Source: Curvularia clavata | Taxonomy: Eukaryota | Direction of reading: 5' to 3' | NCBI GenBank assembly: GCA_023920165.1 | Contig: CP089274.1 | Coordinates: 2,294,001-2,358,000, forward strand | Length of the DNA stretch: 64,000 nucleotides | Part shown: positions 24,594-36,676 of the stretch, piece after piece | Numbering within the stretch: position 1 is the stretch's first letter | Layout of the letters: the number at the start of each line of letters is the position of its first letter | Notes under the pieces: generated by a model | Database searches by the model: none | Told to the model about the DNA's origin: nothing | Seen by the model: the letters and a program-made list of their open reading frames with translations, nothing else | Program-made: the position numbers and the translations under genes

Positions 24594-26680
24594 TCAATAC
24601 CTCAATCGGCTCGATCCCATCTGCTTTATCCACTTAGCATCCCTCTTGCTCAACTCCACCGCACTTCTCTTCCTCTTTGTCTCACCGCCACCAATGTGGG
24701 CGGCTGTAATGTTTCCACACTCCGGTGTGGTCAGCCTCTGACCAAATTTGTCAACAGCCCAGATCAACACTCCATTCGACCAGCCAAAACCCTCAACGAC
24801 TTCATATTCTCCACCTCCACCGGCAGCATTGGTACTCTCGTCAGAGTATTTTTCGAAGATCGTCCCGTTGCCTTCAGAGTTGGGAAGTTGTGGGACGTCT
24901 TGCGTTGCCCCACCTGTCACACGCCAAGTGCAGTACAAAGAGTCGAGATAGCGTTGCGCGAGTTGGAGGGCGAGGTCTTGCGTCCAGACGTAGTCCTCGG
25001 TAGTTTGCTCGTCGTCTTCCTCGCCGACCTCAAGTGGCGTGTTGAGCAGACCTTGCATGAGGATGTACTGCAGCGGTGGCCATACGTTTGGCTCATCCCA
25101 CTGTTGGCCTGTCACAAGGTTCGTTGCTGCGATGGCGCCTGGCCGTGACTCCAGGAGCTCTTCAATGCGAGCATATACACGACGCATGGCCTTGGGGTCG
25201 TTCTTGATGCTGTCTGGCGCTGCTCCAGTCCAGAATGGATAGAACTGTGAGATCTCGAAGAATACCTGCATGCCCTCTGGAGCGCCCTGGAGCGAAAGAG
25301 GTGTGGTGGTGTTATCCCTTAGCGTGTACATGTTTTTGCTGCTCGACGTGAGATTGTAGTCGAAATAGCTGTAATGTTCAGGAGACCACAGTATCGTTGT
25401 CATCGCTTCACTGCGCTTCGCAGCTCGTTCCGCCCACGCTCGTGCAGCGCTGTAGTTGCCTTGGTGGCGATGGAATTCAGCGATGGTCATCTCGTTGTAG
25501 TACAATATCGAGTTTAATTCCACGGGAATGATCTCTCTGGTGTTCAGGGAGCGGAGTGGGAAATATGTGTCAGTGACAGCGTCAGAAGGGTTTGCAATCC
25601 AGCGAGCCGTGTAGTCCCATCCACTCTCAGCACCCGACGCCAGATTTGCATAGAGCGTAGCCTTTTCAGTCTCGTTGAGTGGGCGCGTTGCGTTGAACTC
25701 TTTGCCTTCTTTATTGAAGTAAGTCTCATTATTTGCAGTGACATAGTCCTCATAGTAGGACTCCGGTCGTGGCTGAGTATTCAGCACAGCGTAGTGGTTC
25801 AGTGAGTAGTTCATGCCAGCGCGTTCCAATGTCACGGTGCGGTTTGTAACCCAGAAGTCGTACTCTTGCTCGAGAATAGGCAAAGCCCGTTCTAACAAAG
25901 TGTAGTTTTGTGTGTACTCCACGTAAGCACGCACCATTTGTGTCAGAAGTGGTGGCTGAGATCGGTTTTCGTAGTATCGTCGGGCGCCATTAGGGACAAA
26001 TCCAATGTCTTCAACCAGATCCAGGAAGTTCTCGATGATGTTCTCGGCAATTTGCGTGAATGATCCCTGTGTGCGGAGAAGGCCCTCGATGATCCAGAAG
26101 GAATCCCAGTAGTATGGCTCTCGGAAACGTCCTCCTGCGACGACAAACGTGCGATTCACGGGAATAAAGCTATTGACACAACCTGAGCAGTTTCCAGCTC
26201 CAACATAACGGCGCGTCAAATCTGGCCAGATATCTATAACTTGTCGGGTAAAATCTGCTACAGTCGAGCTATTGACGTTGTCGAGAAAATCAGGCTGAGT
26301 CTGTAGCTGATCGCTAGGTACTTCCTCAAGCTCAGAGCCAGCTTTTCCAAAGTACTCGGAGAGAAACTCATTAAGCTCAGTGTTGTTTTGTATGGGTCTA
26401 GAGAGATTGGCAAAAGCCGCAAGGACTTCGTCTAATGGGCGTGTTGTCGGTCTGCGCTTCGTCAGAAGGAATGAGAGCCCGATGTTCTCAGCTGGACTCA
26501 CAAATCAACAAAAGTCTTAGAGTCTTCAAACGGTCTTGCGAGTTCGATCTCATGGAGTAATTCGCCATAACAATAGATAGGAGAGTCGCAGGGTGCAATA
26601 ACGCTGTCATTGATGTACAATGCATTTGCCAGTGGCGCCGCTGCCACTAGAGCTTTGGCCAGTGATCGCAATGAAGCCAT
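24594..26680 (-). CDS. Secreted GH37 alpha,alpha-trehalase
   Basis: Signal peptide; DSKTFVDL|P, AGGRFREPYYWDS, GFVPNGAR, RSQPPL, PRPESY, GAESGWDY, QQWDEPNVWPP, FEKY, GFGWSNG; intron 26501-26452. Confidence 0.93.
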
Positions 26681-27621
26681 TATTTTGAGGCGAAGTTTCA
26701 CCGTAACGAAAGCAAAAAGGCCCTGACCGCCCGTACCAACTCCCTTTTATCCTTGAGCCACGCACGGCCGTTTGCAAAAAACCTGTCATTGTACCGCCAG
26801 ACCCGGGTGAACAAACGGTCCGTACACGTACGTGGCTGGTTAGTAGAGCCTGACGCGCATGATTTACCCTTGGCAATGTTCCCAAGAAGTACTAAGGTCA
26901 CGATCGGGCGTCAGCTAGGTTATCCCGAAAATATTGGCCTGCATGGCTAATGTTGGGGAATGGGTTGATGAAGGAAGTTTCCCCGCAAAATGGCGTTTGG
27001 CGGCTGTCGGCAATATCTTAGCGTGATGTCATCGCTGTCAGCCTGAATACAGGACCACGGAACGCTGGTCTTGACGCATGTATGTGGCCTATTTTTTCTG
27101 TATGTTGTATCACCTATGTTTTACATGCTGCAAGATAAGTCAGCTCGCTCAGATGCTATGCATTGCCCTTCAGTTCAATGCCATCTTGGTGTGGTCAAGC
27201 TAGACACAGCCGTACATCGGGATATGAGTTGCCTTGCCCAGAACTACTTATCGGCACTATTATGTCATGGAAAATCGCTCAGAAGGAATTAGGGTTAAGG
27301 TTAGGTCCTCGGACAGACATCCCACTAAAACCGGGATACCGGAACGTGCTTCTGCTTCTTTGCACACTAATTTCGTCGGAAGCTGGGAGCTATACCATTA
27401 GGCTAGAAGGCCCAGGCACAACCAAAGTACCTGCATTTGGCCTTGTCGATCGCTTTTGGCGTAGCATCGTTCTAGAGATGACCTCGAGAATTAAAAGCTT
27501 GTTGATGAAGGCTAGATCTTGGAACACCTATTGACACATACTCGTTGGTTTATTCAAGTTGTTCTTGGTATGATGGAAAGGCTCCCATGGGAATGTACGA
27601 TTTCATATATGTCCAGCCACC

Positions 27622-29076
27622 TCATCCCCACATAAGTTCAATCTTGCCCCCCTTGACTTTCGAATTGAACCACTCATATATCTCCACTTTCTCTTGGATT
27701 GTCCTTGCTCCATCTAATGCTCCTGTTTTAGCCAATCGCTCGGTTGCAAACTGCAGTTCCATGGTAGCCAGATTTCTAGCGATGCATGCTCGGCTTCCTG
27801 CGCCAAAAGCAAACCAGTACTTTGCCATTTCCTCGGTAGGACTCAACCATCTTTCCGGGCTGAATGTTTCAGGCTGAGGGAAGACTAGAGGGTCGTAGTG
27901 CAGCTCATATGCTGAACAACCCACGATAGAGCCAGCAGGAAAGTAAGTGCCCTTGAAAGTCCAGCCATCATCTGGAACAACGTGAGGCAGTCGCGTGGGA
28001 TTTGCCATGCTAAGACGAAGAGCTTCTTTAACAACAGCGTTAAGATAGGGTAATGCTTGAGCATCCTGTGCATCAGGTCCTAGAGTGGCGTTTTTCATGA
28101 CCTCGTCCTTCAGCCTTTGGTACTTTTCGGGATACAGGACGAGATTGCGTATTATTATACTTAAGTTCATACCAGTGGAGTCTGTGCCTGCAAACACGAG
28201 ATCCTTGCACTGCACCTTGACTTCTGCATCGCTGATTCCAATGGCGAGTAGTCGTCCCGGGTAGGTCGTCGACTTAGCAGTTGTATTGCCAACCACGGCG
28301 GCAACAAATTTGTCAACTAACGACATGCTATCATCGGTGTCTTGATCTGGCGAAAATTTAGTAACCGCCCATTCCAACCAAGCAAAGACGGTATTAGGGA
28401 GGTAGAAGAAGCGGCCAACTGCCACGTATGCGTCCACAAAGGCGCTGACACTCAACACCGGCCCTCTTTCAGTAACACCATTGTAGTTTTCTTGAAACAA
28501 GTGCGTAGATACTGCGTCGACTGCCAGGCTCCGTGCCAAGTTGAGTACGTTTACAGGTTTCTTTGTGTTCGCTTCTTCTCTCAACCTGTCCACCATACGA
28601 TCCACACAGCCCCAAATAGCGCTCTCATTCTCACGCAAAGCCTTCGTAGAAAACAGAGGCAGTACTGCTTTCGCTCTTGGACTCCTGTAATCCGGGTCGG
28701 TTGTCGAGAAGATGGTCTTGTGACCATCAATGTCGAAGTTTGCGTAGCATTTCGCTTTTGGAAAGCCGCCTTTGGATACATATATTGTGGGTATGGCATC
28801 AGCGTCACTTATATCGACTTCATTGGGTGAAACCCTAACGTATGGGCCATATCGCTGATGGAGCTTGCGGATTGTGCTGGCTTCGTCTCCGATATAAGCA
28901 TGATAGTGGAGCCATAGGGAGGTCAATCGAGGTAATATGGGTCCAGGTATATGCGCAAGCGGGTGAAAGTAGATGCGATAGATTGAACGAATGAGCAGGA
29001 CAAAAAGAGGGGCGAAGACGACAGTCAACGTCGAGTGGGCGCCTATGACGCCAAATATCAGATTTTGGAGAGCCAT
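27622..29076 (-). CDS. Cytochrome P450 monooxygenase
   Basis: Intronless 484 aa; N-terminal TM, PGP, AGTDST (I-helix), EALR (ExxR), PERW, FGAGSRACIA heme motif. Confidence 0.95.
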   Translation of the reverse strand: MALQNLIFGVIGAHSTLTVVFAPLFVLLIRSIYRIYFHPLAHIPGPILPRLTSLWLHYHAYIGDEASTIRKLHQRYGPYVRVSPNEVDISDADAIPTIYVSKGGFPKAKCYANFDIDGHKTIFSTTDPDYRSPRAKAVLPLFSTKALRENESAIWGCVDRMVDRLREEANTKKPVNVLNLARSLAVDAVSTHLFQENYNGVTERGPVLSVSAFVDAYVAVGRFFYLPNTVFAWLEWAVTKFSPDQDTDDSMSLVDKFVAAVVGNTTAKSTTYPGRLLAIGISDAEVKVQCKDLVFAGTDSTGMNLSIIIRNLVLYPEKYQRLKDEVMKNATLGPDAQDAQALPYLNAVVKEALRLSMANPTRLPHVVPDDGWTFKGTYFPAGSIVGCSAYELHYDPLVFPQPETFSPERWLSPTEEMAKYWFAFGAGSRACIARNLATMELQFATERLAKTGALDGARTIQEKVEIYEWFNSKVKGGKIELMWG

Positions 29077-29661
29077 CGAGATGTGGAGCGCATAAAGAAT
29101 ACAGTGAGGCTCTTGCGGGGGCTCTTAGATTTATACAGGACGTGGTTGGCTGAGTCACCGCCATCGGTGGTGGGGGCGACCTATCAGTTGCGATAAGCCT
29201 AGCCGGTGCCATCTATTTGTATTCCCAATGATCTCTTTGCGATTCCGTAATTGCAATTTGAATTTCTGTTTCACGAAGGGCCATTTTCAAATCGTGTTTA
29301 AGATTTGTGCGAGCGAGCTCCTAAATGCCTCCAAGTGTTTTCAAAATCTAAGGAATTGACGTCACGCTTCTCAAATAGAGTTCGATTGATAGTTACGCTA
29401 AGCGCCATGTAGTGATACATATGGCAGCCGTAATTACATATGCTGATCATGCAATGAACTGGCCTTTTCTCGAGTTCGTCCGCAACAGAAGAACATTTGA
29501 AAAAAGGCACAATCCTCACTCATTCAGCTAGTCCGCCTAATCAATAAAACATATCTCCTCACGAGAGACGTTCTCTCATGTAATACCATCCTAGGCCATT
29601 ACCATTTCACACGATGACTCACGGCCTAAAGATGCCACTCCATTGCCCAAACCGTTTCATC

Positions 29662-30624
29662 TCAACCTTCGAGATAAACACCTTTCCACGTTAGTTTGAG
29701 GAAACAAACAATTGCAATTAGAAACAAACTCACTGTCGACAAAGGCGTTGTAGACGATGTTGTAATCACCGTTCTTCAAGTAGCACATGCCACCAACCCA
29801 GGTCGCAGCAACGCAGCCCACGAAGGTAGAGCACCGATTCACACAGTCAGTAAGGGAATCAGTGGGGCCAAGAGCGATGTCACCACCATAGTAGTCGTAG
29901 TTACAGCGCGTAATGTAAGACTTGTCATTGGTCTTGTACCGGCAATAGTCGTCGTTGGGACAGTTGATGGTGGTGTCGCAAGTGGAGCTGCCGGGGGCGG
30001 GTTCTTGCTCAGTCGCTGGCTTGACTTGAGTGCCGGCATTGACGTCGTTGTTCCTTCGTTTGTCAGCTCTATTACCATGGTACATAAGCGGTAATAGCGC
30101 CGTACTTACGACACCCGGAGCACTCCAAGATCCACACCAAGAAGATAGCAGAAGTTGTCCTTCATATTAAAAGCAGTGCAGCCTGTGCGCCGAGAGCATG
30201 CATCCGCACAGTCGACGAACAAGTTAGCCTACATTGAGGTTGCAGTTGGTGAGCAATCGCATTTCACAGCTTGGATATACAGCGTTAAATTTACCTGGGC
30301 TGTACCGATGATCGGGCCGTTGTAGTCAGTAACACAGCTCAGCCTGAATACGCCTCCGTTGGTGGATGTAGAGACGCAGCCATTCCATCGGGGGCAAGTC
30401 GGATGACCAGGGCATTTCTTGTATACCCCAGGACTCAATGCACCCAGAACTGCAGTAGAATTGGCGAGTATTCCGTACTATGCCATATAGTTAGTAAAGT
30501 GATAGCTCGAAGAAAACTTTCCGAAGCCCAGCTTGGAAGAATAGTGAGAAGATTCTAAAGAAGTTGGAATTTTCTCATGTAGGAGCCTGGAATTCAATGT
30601 GTGCCGTAGGTTCCAACTTACCAT
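29662..30624 (-). CDS. Small Cys-rich protein with two PAN/apple-like repeats
   Basis: Hand-spliced: ATG|GTAAG at 30624, then four exons; two repeats CP..C..(F/Y)...C..DY.G..I....DC...CS...GC.A......CYL; stop at 29662. N-terminus uncertain. Confidence 0.65.
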
Positions 30625-30920
30625 TTTGGAGAAACCAGAAAAGTGGTCAGGAGCCGGAGGTGAAGAGAATGTACTTCAGTAAAGAAGGAAAACAACGAGC
30701 AGAAAGCCGTGTCTTATAGATTTGTATACCATTCCTGCCTCTCAACGGTTGAAGATAACTCTACGGATGTAAACGTGGAACAGTAAGTGCTACCATGGGC
30801 CGAGGTGGTCCATGACGAGTGAGAAGTGTTTGAGCACTAAAAGATGACTGCAATCACAGGCAAAAAAACTTAGGTTGGGAATTATGACGCGTCTATATAA
30901 ACCTAGAACTCCTAGACACT

Positions 30921-32759
30921 TCATGGAGTCGCAGAACTCCAGGAACCGTTGGCAAAAAGAGTACCTGGTTTTGAGTAATCTAAAGTACGCTTGCCCCGTA
31001 TGTAGGCCCACCGGAAGTACTCATTCAACCCACTATCCACGGACCGGCTCCATTCGAAAGTATCAAGAATCGTATCATTCTCGCCATCCAAGAAGGCACG
31101 CGCGCGTTCTACGTCATTTACAAGAACACTCATACCGTCAACGTCAGGTGGGTGCGCACCATAGCTGAACGTCACGAATAGATTGTCGGGATCCATCTCG
31201 ATAACCGGTTCCATTACGCGAGGAACCACCGAGTTGAACTTTGCGTCAGCACGCAGGGCAGCAGACGTTTGCAAAATCGAGTCAAAGCCCCATCGCGCTA
31301 TACCATTGGTGAAGAGGCCAAGCAATAGACCCTGGTAAAACAGAGATGGTCTCGTCTGAAGACTAGTGCCGGGAAGCAACAAGAGCGCAAGGATGTAATG
31401 GTGGATCCGCAAGTTGACGCCTGGTACGATCAAGCAGACAATGATGCCTACAGCAAACAAGCCATACAAGCCCAGATAGCGGACCAGGCGGCCTTCGAGC
31501 CAGAAGCAGTATGCCTGGCCCACAATGATCACGGCCAATATCAAGACAATGATTGCTAAGGCCAGCTTAGCACCCGGTTGCTGATTGAGATCATGAGCGT
31601 TGAGCCGCGATATGGGAATCCAGTCAAAAGTGTAATTCGAGAGTGCTCCGATCCAGAACCCTCCTAGCCAGAACACTGCCTTTTCAACATGGGCAGTCAA
31701 CCCAGATAGTGTCCGCTTGATTGTGGTGTAGTACATCACCGCCATCACAAACATGGCTGGCAACAGACGCCCTGCAAACATTGAAAGATGGTCTGGTAGA
31801 ACAGAGGTATTGCGGCGAGATGCCAGTGGCGGGTCGGAGACAAAGCTCACATGGGCGAAAATAAGCGTAAAGATAGGAAAGAAGATCATAGGCGACGAGG
31901 AGAATATAGCAAACATAGCAGTAAAGAAAATTGTGACCGGTAGCAAGGCTGAGCGAGGGTCAGCTCGTGGCTGAAAACTGTCGTCGAACACAACGGAGAA
32001 GGAGAGAGGAAAATAAGAGTCGAATGGAATAGACTCGATACCATGATGCTTCGTGCTAGCGAAGTTGTCATGGTCTCCTATCAGCTTGACGCGACCACCT
32101 CCACCTCTGTGGTCATCAACAATCCCGGCATGAATAGCAGATGCGCATATAAAGCTATCACCACGATAGATGCCAGTTCCGATAACCAAAGGACGGTAAT
32201 TCACTTCCACTGGCCCAACTGTATGTGGGTTTAGAAGTTGCACGTCCCTGCACTTTGCAGGGCATTGGAAAGCAAACGAGCGATTGTTGAATGGGTGGCA
32301 ATTGATCCCGTCAATTCCACATCCATTCTTTCGCATCCACAGAGTGTCGATGCATTCGAGGTTGACCACGTCGTTTCCGTCACCATCCTTGAGCGGTAAT
32401 TGTGCAGTCAGAAACCATAGGAAGATGAAGAGCCAGGCTAGCAACACAACAACAAGGGATATAGGTCTGTTGAGTCTTCGGTTTTCAAGCCAGTCGCTTG
32501 GGCGTTTCTGAATGGATGGAAAGAACGGCCGAATGCTTTGAACACGAGGAGATTCAGGCCCTCGTAAAAAGTCCACAACGCGCTGTCGACGTGTACGGAG
32601 GCGGGCAGATGCAGGAAGTACAGTGTCTTCGAATTCCAACTCTTCTCTTAATAAGTGTGCTTCTTCGTCTCTATTTGGCGCACGGTCTTCGTAGTGGTTC
32701 GCCTCGTCGTCCCGTTGGGATCCAGCATCTCCCTCGTGTGGGGACTTTGACATGTTCAT
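30921..32759 (-). CDS. LCCL-domain polytopic membrane protein
   Basis: 612-aa ORF; CGIDGINC, FQCPAKC, YRGDSFICASAIHAG (LCCL), multiple TM helices, LRIHHYILAL. Confidence 0.88.
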   Translation of the reverse strand: MNMSKSPHEGDAGSQRDDEANHYEDRAPNRDEEAHLLREELEFEDTVLPASARLRTRRQRVVDFLRGPESPRVQSIRPFFPSIQKRPSDWLENRRLNRPISLVVVLLAWLFIFLWFLTAQLPLKDGDGNDVVNLECIDTLWMRKNGCGIDGINCHPFNNRSFAFQCPAKCRDVQLLNPHTVGPVEVNYRPLVIGTGIYRGDSFICASAIHAGIVDDHRGGGGRVKLIGDHDNFASTKHHGIESIPFDSYFPLSFSVVFDDSFQPRADPRSALLPVTIFFTAMFAIFSSSPMIFFPIFTLIFAHVSFVSDPPLASRRNTSVLPDHLSMFAGRLLPAMFVMAVMYYTTIKRTLSGLTAHVEKAVFWLGGFWIGALSNYTFDWIPISRLNAHDLNQQPGAKLALAIIVLILAVIIVGQAYCFWLEGRLVRYLGLYGLFAVGIIVCLIVPGVNLRIHHYILALLLLPGTSLQTRPSLFYQGLLLGLFTNGIARWGFDSILQTSAALRADAKFNSVVPRVMEPVIEMDPDNLFVTFSYGAHPPDVDGMSVLVNDVERARAFLDGENDTILDTFEWSRSVDSGLNEYFRWAYIRGKRTLDYSKPGTLFANGSWSSATP

Positions 32760-33364
32760 CCCCGGGAAGTCAGAAAATTAGAAAAAAGGCGTAGTCAACG
32801 AGAGCATCCACAATGCGCATTGCGACGAGAACTGGAGTGAGATGAGACAGGATGTGGGTCAGCCAAGTGGAACCTAGCTGCTTCAAGGATCTCGCCGGGA
32901 GCAGGAATGCGCTCTCCCCGAGTCTCGATCTTTCCGGTTGTTCCTGATATCGAGTTTCACCTGCCTTTGAGCTTCAATATGTGAAATGCTGGTTCAATCG
33001 CAATCCCCCATCTTCATAGCTACTATGACATTGTCTTCTAGGCCGCTTTGAGCTGCCACAGTAGAGCGCCGATGAAGATACCTCAATGTCAGCCATATGC
33101 ATGTGATTTGGCTCATTTGTCATGCTTCTATAAGAATATGCGTGAACACACGAAGTGTTTTCATCTTCCACTGTAATAAAGTTTAGAATTGTGGGAAAAA
33201 ACCACCTACGTCCTCGTCCGCACAGACCAACTGCCTCTCTGCCGCATTACCATCAAGCTGAAAGTCTCCCCAAAATAACCCCAACGCGTTTCCCCCACTC
33301 GTAAAATTCCAATTGCTTTCAATTCTTGTCATTTTCCCATTAATATCCTCACTTTACCTCAAAC

Positions 33365-33901
33365 ATGGAAGCTATCCAAGGATATCTTCCCCAAGCCGAA
33401 GGCCTCCTGCCCAAATGGCTCCTTTTCGTATGTTCTCTCCTGAGATGCGCCTGTATAAATATACATCTGCACACACACAGTCAATCACCACCTACCAACA
33501 CACTCACACTAATCCTAAAACCACAGGTCTCCGTTATTTCCGTCGGCAACAGCATCCAAGCCTACAGCACGCTTGCCTTCACCTCCCGCGTGTATAACCC
33601 TACGCCCATCGACCCACCCCCGGTAGTACCAAAACACGTAACCGCCTTATCCTCGCGCACGTTCGGAACCTGGACTTTCCTCGCATCGTTGATTAGATTG
33701 TATGCGGCGTACAATATCAATGATCCGGCTATGTATCAACTAGCCATGTGGAGTTACGCAGTGGCTTGGGCACATTTTATGAGTGAATGGTTGATATTTG
33801 GGACGGCAAGGTGGGGAAAGCCACTTGTTGGGCCGGTTGTGGTTGCAAACTCGAGTCTGCTGTGGATGTGGTTGCAGTGGGGATTTTATGTCAAGGCTTA
33901 G
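33365..33901 (+). CDS. ERG28: Ergosterol biosynthesis scaffold protein Erg28
   Basis: GLLPKWLLF|VSVISVGNSIQAY, SRTFGTWT, RLYAAYNI, HFMSEWLIF; 99-nt intron 33428-33526. Confidence 0.92.
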   Translation: MEAIQGYLPQAEGLLPKWLLFVCSLLRCACINIHLHTHSQSPPTNTLTLILKPQVSVISVGNSIQAYSTLAFTSRVYNPTPIDPPPVVPKHVTALSSRTFGTWTFLASLIRLYAAYNINDPAMYQLAMWSYAVAWAHFMSEWLIFGTARWGKPLVGPVVVANSSLLWMWLQWGFYVKA

Positions 33902-34299
33902 GGAATAGTAGTTGGTATGTAATGTTGGGTAGATAGCCAAGCGTGTTTGTAGTAATACATGTTGCGGAACCTTTGCAGCAAATGACTTCACTCTGAGTCC
34001 CATTACGTCCGTTGAGTACCAAAAGCACAACGAGAGCACGACACAAGCAAGACTCTCCATCCATCACGTACACTCTGCAACCACATTGTGGACTTTTGAC
34101 CCGCCTCGGTGGCTTATTTGACCACTCGAGGACTTTCATTGATCGTAGCTGAAGAAACATACATGGCCCATTGGACTCCGATTCCTCAACCCTGATGCCG
34201 AGTTTTGACGACCATATCGAAAACCATCACGCTCCGCCTCAGCCACATTTCTTTCCTTTGCTGATCATGAACCGTTACACCATCCCTTTTCTAATGCAT

Positions 34300-34990
34300 C
34301 TAGAACTTGTTGAACTGCTTAGCAGCCTTTCCCTTTCGGGGGAGGACACGGAGGACGTTGAAGCGGACGGTCTTGGAGAGAGGCCTGCACTGGCCAACGA
34401 CGACCTGGTCACCGGGCTCGACACGGAAAGCGGGCGAGACATGAGCGGCGAGGTTCTTGTGGCGCTTCTCGTAACGGGAGTACTTGGGGATGAAGTGGAG
34501 GTATTCACGGCGGATAATCAAGGTGCCTGCAGTTTGTTAGTATCAGAAGCCTTCCAGGTCCCTGGACTTTCGCCTGGTGAAGCGTTTTTTTCGCGGAATC
34601 TCGCAGGGCTGGAAAGGTTGACATACGGTGCATCTTGGTGGACATGACGGTGCCGGTAAGGATACGGCCACGGATGGAGACCATGCCGGTGAAAGGGCAC
34701 TTCTTGTCGATGTAGGTACCCTCAATGGCGGTCTTGGGCGTACGGAAGCCCAGGCCAACGTCCTTGTACCATCTCCTGGAGCGGGTGTTCTTGCGCGGTC
34801 CGCCGACCTTGTGGTTAAGGAAGATGTGAGGCTATCGCATTGTATTAGTATCGAGCGTGCTGTCGAACCGCGCGGTGGACGTCTAGTACCTGCTTCTGGA
34901 AAGCGCGCTCCGACTGGACACTATTTTCGCAGTCAGCAATTGTCGAAAACACTCGCGGTATTGCAGCACGTACGTAAGTTCGGTGGCCAT
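34300..34990 (-). CDS. RPS11: 40S ribosomal protein S11 (uS17)
   Basis: Four exons: [72 protein letters not shown]. Confidence 0.97.
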
Positions 34991-35248
34991 GGTTGCGGAT
35001 CGGGTGGTTTGTCGTGCTTTCGTTGTCGCTGCTCATTCACAATTTCCACTTGACATTCGCTTAGCAAGTGTCCCAGGCGGACAGGTTTTTCCGGCCCCGA
35101 CGCCTAGCGCCGCGCTAGTTCGCCCGCCAGCCTCGGCACGGCCTAGGGCGTAGGCGAGTGGTAAGAACAACAGGAGGGGGAGGATTGTCGCTGGCACTGT
35201 CACTTTTCCTAAGCAACTCTGCTGCCTTTGCTGCAATTCGGTGTCATC
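34991..35248. promoter_or_regulatory. Compact bidirectional promoter RPS11 / 3-oxoacyl-CoA reductase
   Basis: 258 bp between divergent ATGs; GC-rich core with TAGGGC (GCCCTA, ribosomal-protein-type motif) at 35144-35149 and CCTCGG at 35131-35136. Confidence 0.55.
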
Positions 35249-36325
35249 ATGGGCGGCATTACCGAGAGTCTTGGTGTGCACATCGAGGCAAGCAATTCCT
35301 TTGTGCAAGCTGCCATTTATGGGTTTTTGCTCGTAGGCATTGCGTCCTTTGCAGCACCAATCGTTAGCACTGTTCGAGTCGTTCTCAGCTTGTTCGTACT
35401 GCCAGGCAAGTCGGTATGTGGCTTCCAATCCATCTTCTGTCTAAAAGCTCTGACCCTTCCCTAGCTGAGCACCTTCGGACCCCGTGGTACTTGGGCCCTT
35501 ATCACTGGTGCCTCGGACGGTATTGGCAAGGAATTCGCTCTTGCCCTCGCAGCCAAGGGCTACAACCTGATCCTCGTTTCGCGCACTCAATCGAAGCTCG
35601 ACTCCCTCTCCGCCGACATCACATCCAAGTATGGCCCCAAGATCGCTGTCAAGACGCTGGCTATGGACTTTGCCCAGAACAAAGATTCCGACTACAACAA
35701 CATGAAGAAGCTCATTGACGGCCTCGACGTAAGCATCCTGGTCAACAACGTCGGTCTGAGCCACAGCATCCCCGTTCCATTCATCGAGACGGAAAAGCAA
35801 GAGATGAACGACATCATCATGATCAATTGCATGGCTACTCTCCGCGTCACCCAACTCGTCACTCCTGGCATGGTCTCCCGCAAGCGCGGCCTTGTCCTGA
35901 CCATGGCCTCGTTCGGTGGCTTCTTCCCTACCCCCCTTCTTGCAACCTACTCCGGCAGCAAAGCCTTCCTCCAGCAATGGTCTACCGCTCTCGCGTCTGA
36001 ACTCGAGCCCCACGGCGTGTACGTGCAATGTGTGCAGTCGCACCTGGTCACCACGGCCATGTCCAAGATCCGCAAGACATCAGCCCTCGTGCCAAACCCA
36101 AAGCAATTCGTAAGCGCCACTCTCAGCAAGATTGGCAGGAGTGGAGGTGCGCAGGGTGTAGCTTTTACCAGCACACCGTACTGGAGCCACGGCCTCATGC
36201 AGTGGTTCCTCTCCCGCTTTGTGGGTGAGCGCTCGCATACCGTTGTCAAGGTCAACAGAGATATGCACGTTGGCATCCGGAAGCGCGCACTCAGGAAGGC
36301 CGAGCGCGAAGCAAAGAAGCAGTAA
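35249..36325 (+). CDS. IFA38: Very-long-chain 3-oxoacyl-CoA reductase (KAR, SDR family)
   Basis: [23 protein letters not shown]-retrieval-like KKQ end; intron 35414-35464. Confidence 0.92.
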
Positions 36326-36676
36326 AGCAGACTTGTTTTCGAATGCATTTTCTACGTTTGTTTTGAGATTGATCGGTCAGGACGTAGGCCATTTTTGAAC
36401 CAGGAATCTTCTCGAGTTAAATTTAGCGGCCATCTAACGGACGTGCACAAGCAGTGCGACGAAATGGTTATGGAAGCAGCGTAGAAACTTTTGCGATTAT
36501 ACTTTTTGTCATTCCAAATAACACAACGCCCCCCTGCGTGTGCGAAAACTGAACTAAATGGGATATAATTACATCGATTTCATCGTTCCTTGTCAAAGAG
36601 TAGAGTTCCACCATGAACCGTTACAAGACAAAACAACAGACATGATCGCCGCATGCTACGTGACCGGTGGCACAAC

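Noticed and set aside
11098..29076. Fe-ADH + A-domain + P450 as a secondary-metabolite cluster
   Set aside because: Spread over 18 kb, interleaved with housekeeping genes; no backbone synthase, cluster transcription factor or exporter.
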